Positions 62,458 to 64,000 of a stretch of DNA of 64,000 nt are shown in pieces. The stretch's first letter is position 1. Each line of letters begins with the position of its first letter. Position numbers and translations under genes: made by a program. Where the stretch lies: the IMG/VR virus record IMGVR_UViG_3300020049_005154, one strand, 5' to 3'. Below the pieces are notes generated by a model that was not told where the DNA came from, did not search any database, and saw only the letters and a list, made by a program, of their open reading frames with translations. The DNA comes from an uncultured virus (IMG/VR IMGVR_UViG_3300020049_005154) (lineage: Duplodnaviria > Heunggongvirae > Uroviricota > Caudoviricetes).

Positions 62458-63775
62458 ACCTAGCGTAGTAGAAGGCACCTATGGGGCTATGATGCTTACG
62501 CTAGATATGCAGCGTAAGATATTAGCCCTGATATGTAGAAGGCCAGACTTCCTCCCTAGATTTGCCTCCATCGTTAAGCCTGCTTACTTCTACCCTTCAG
62601 AGATTAGGGTTGACATATGCAGACTATGTATTGAATACTTCAACAAGTATAAAACAGGGCCAACACCTGATGCAGTAGCTCAAATGATTACCACTATGGT
62701 AGTCAATGACTCGGAGAAGTTTAAGATTCATCAAGCTTACTTCGATGAACTTAACCTGCTGGTAAGCTACTCACTGATTGAAGAGCAATTCATTACGGAT
62801 ACAGCTATCACCTTTGCTACATCCTATGAACTATACATGGCAGGTACTAAGCTCAGAGATGTACTGATGAAAGGAGACTTGGCAGGGTGCAGGAAGGTAC
62901 TGCCCATGTTCCAAGAAGCTTCAAGGATTGGGCAGGACAAGAAAGATATTGGGTCTAGGTTTGCAGATGGTGCATGGATTGACACTCCCCCTAGGCATGG
63001 TATTCTTCCCACCATGCTCCCTACTCTTGATGGCTACCTATGCGGCGGGCTAGCAAGAGGAGAAATGGGAGTCATAGCAGCACCAATGAAAAGGTTCAAA
63101 TCTGGTGCTCTGATTAACATAGCTATTGCTGCTATGATGTATGCCGGGTACACAGTAGTACACCTTACAATGGAGCTAACCATACCAGAAGTAGAGGATA
63201 GGTATGCTAGGGCTCTGTTGCGTAAGTTTAGAGGGGTGCATACTGCTGATGATATGCGGCAAGGGCTTAATGATCTACTGGCTAAGCATAAGGTAGACTT
63301 GATTACTAAACACTGGTCCATTGGTACAGCTAAGCCAGAACAAATCAAGGACTACCTGCGCAACCTAGTAAGCATTGGTGCTATCGTTCCATCAGAGGGT
63401 AAGCTGCTAATCATTTGCGATTACCCTGGCTGTATGTACGAGGACAGAGGCAAAGGTCAGAATAGAAGCACCAATATACAGGATAACTATAGAGCTATGA
63501 TTCAGATAGCTCAAGAGTTTAACTGCCCTGTATGGTGCGCAGCACAGATGAACAACGATGGCTTCAGGAAAGAAGTTACCGACCAACAGGACCTAGCTTG
63601 GTGTAAGGCCATAGCTGCCGATGCTCATGTGATCCTAACACTATGCCAAACTAAGGATGAGTTTGAAAGAAAAGAACTACGTATCTACACAGCAGTAGTT
63701 AGAGCCGGTAAGATGTATCAGATAGTTAAGATGATGTGCGACCCTGAAACTACGTGGACATGGTTTGAAGCATGA
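62438..63775 (+). CDS. DnaB/T4 gp41-like replicative helicase
   Basis: TLDGYLCGGLARGEMGVIAAPMKRFKS, HLTMEL, IICDY, PVWCAAQMN and IAADAH. Confidence 0.9.
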   Translation: MQEPLNKPSVVEGTYGAMMLTLDMQRKILALICRRPDFLPRFASIVKPAYFYPSEIRVDICRLCIEYFNKYKTGPTPDAVAQMITTMVVNDSEKFKIHQAYFDELNLLVSYSLIEEQFITDTAITFATSYELYMAGTKLRDVLMKGDLAGCRKVLPMFQEASRIGQDKKDIGSRFADGAWIDTPPRHGILPTMLPTLDGYLCGGLARGEMGVIAAPMKRFKSGALINIAIAAMMYAGYTVVHLTMELTIPEVEDRYARALLRKFRGVHTADDMRQGLNDLLAKHKVDLITKHWSIGTAKPEQIKDYLRNLVSIGAIVPSEGKLLIICDYPGCMYEDRGKGQNRSTNIQDNYRAMIQIAQEFNCPVWCAAQMNNDGFRKEVTDQQDLAWCKAIAADAHVILTLCQTKDEFERKELRIYTAVVRAGKMYQIVKMMCDPETTWTWFEA

Positions 63776-63993
63776 AACGATACGATGTATATTACGATAG
63801 TATGCAAGAAGATGTCGAAGGCAGGTATGTAAAGTATGAAGATGTCGAAGCCAAACTGCGCGCATTCGATATGCTATACGAAGCTGCTAAGAATTGTACT
63901 GAATATACTGGCGAGAGTAAGTTACTAGAATATGCAGAGCTTAGCTCTATAGTTAATGATGTTCGTAATATGAATCTGCGAGACACAGAATGA
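63772..63993 (+). CDS. Small phage protein (G.YVKYED motif)
   Basis: MKRYD...MQEDVEGRYVKYEDV is a common small phage family. Confidence 0.65.
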   Translation: MKRYDVYYDSMQEDVEGRYVKYEDVEAKLRAFDMLYEAAKNCTEYTGESKLLEYAELSSIVNDVRNMNLRDTE

Positions 63994-64000
63994 TTGAAAT

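Noticed and set aside
1..64000. TAG stop-codon reassignment suggested by abundant TAG
   Set aside because: Long genes (2192, 1107, 736 and 701 aa) are intact under code 11, several genes end in TAG, and no suppressor tRNA is seen. The TAGs are out of frame or antisense to CTA codons.

Overview
This window is part of a tailed dsDNA phage genome with podovirus-like gene content and an unknown bacterial host. It uses the standard genetic code, sigma70-like promoters and AGGAG Shine-Dalgarno (SD) sites. 1-3.4 kb (+) is the end of a replication/recombination arm: GroES, a Holliday junction resolvase and a serine recombinase. 3.3-32.4 kb (-) is the morphogenesis operon: TerS-like protein, alpha/beta hydrolase, TerL, portal, scaffold, major capsid, adaptor/nozzle, GT2 glycosyltransferase, tail fibre plus an orphaned alternative fibre tip, and three ejection-type proteins including a 2192-aa large polyvalent protein. 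33.0-33.5 kb (+) is a small non-coding operon: a rod-like RNA, tRNA-Gln and two tandem pseudoknot motifs. 33.5-38.9 kb (-) holds small accessory genes. 38.9-40.5 kb is a repeat- and palindrome-rich non-coding divergence region (candidate terminus, origin or operator). 40.5-57 kb (+) holds early small-gene cassettes with repeated leaders, several structured RNAs, tRNA-Ile(UAU), tRNA-Leu(UAA), a C5-MTase-like gene and DUF932. 57-64 kb (+) encodes an SF2 helicase, a SAM methyltransferase and a DnaB-like helicase. The most notable signals are: several structured RNAs I cannot match to a known family; a terminator-hairpin family with a conserved GCTAGTWYAG loop; Sec signal peptides on apparent virion proteins; a fibre-tip swap caught mid-way; and strong CTAG enrichment. 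All calls come from reading the sequence by eye; no searches or folding programs were run.
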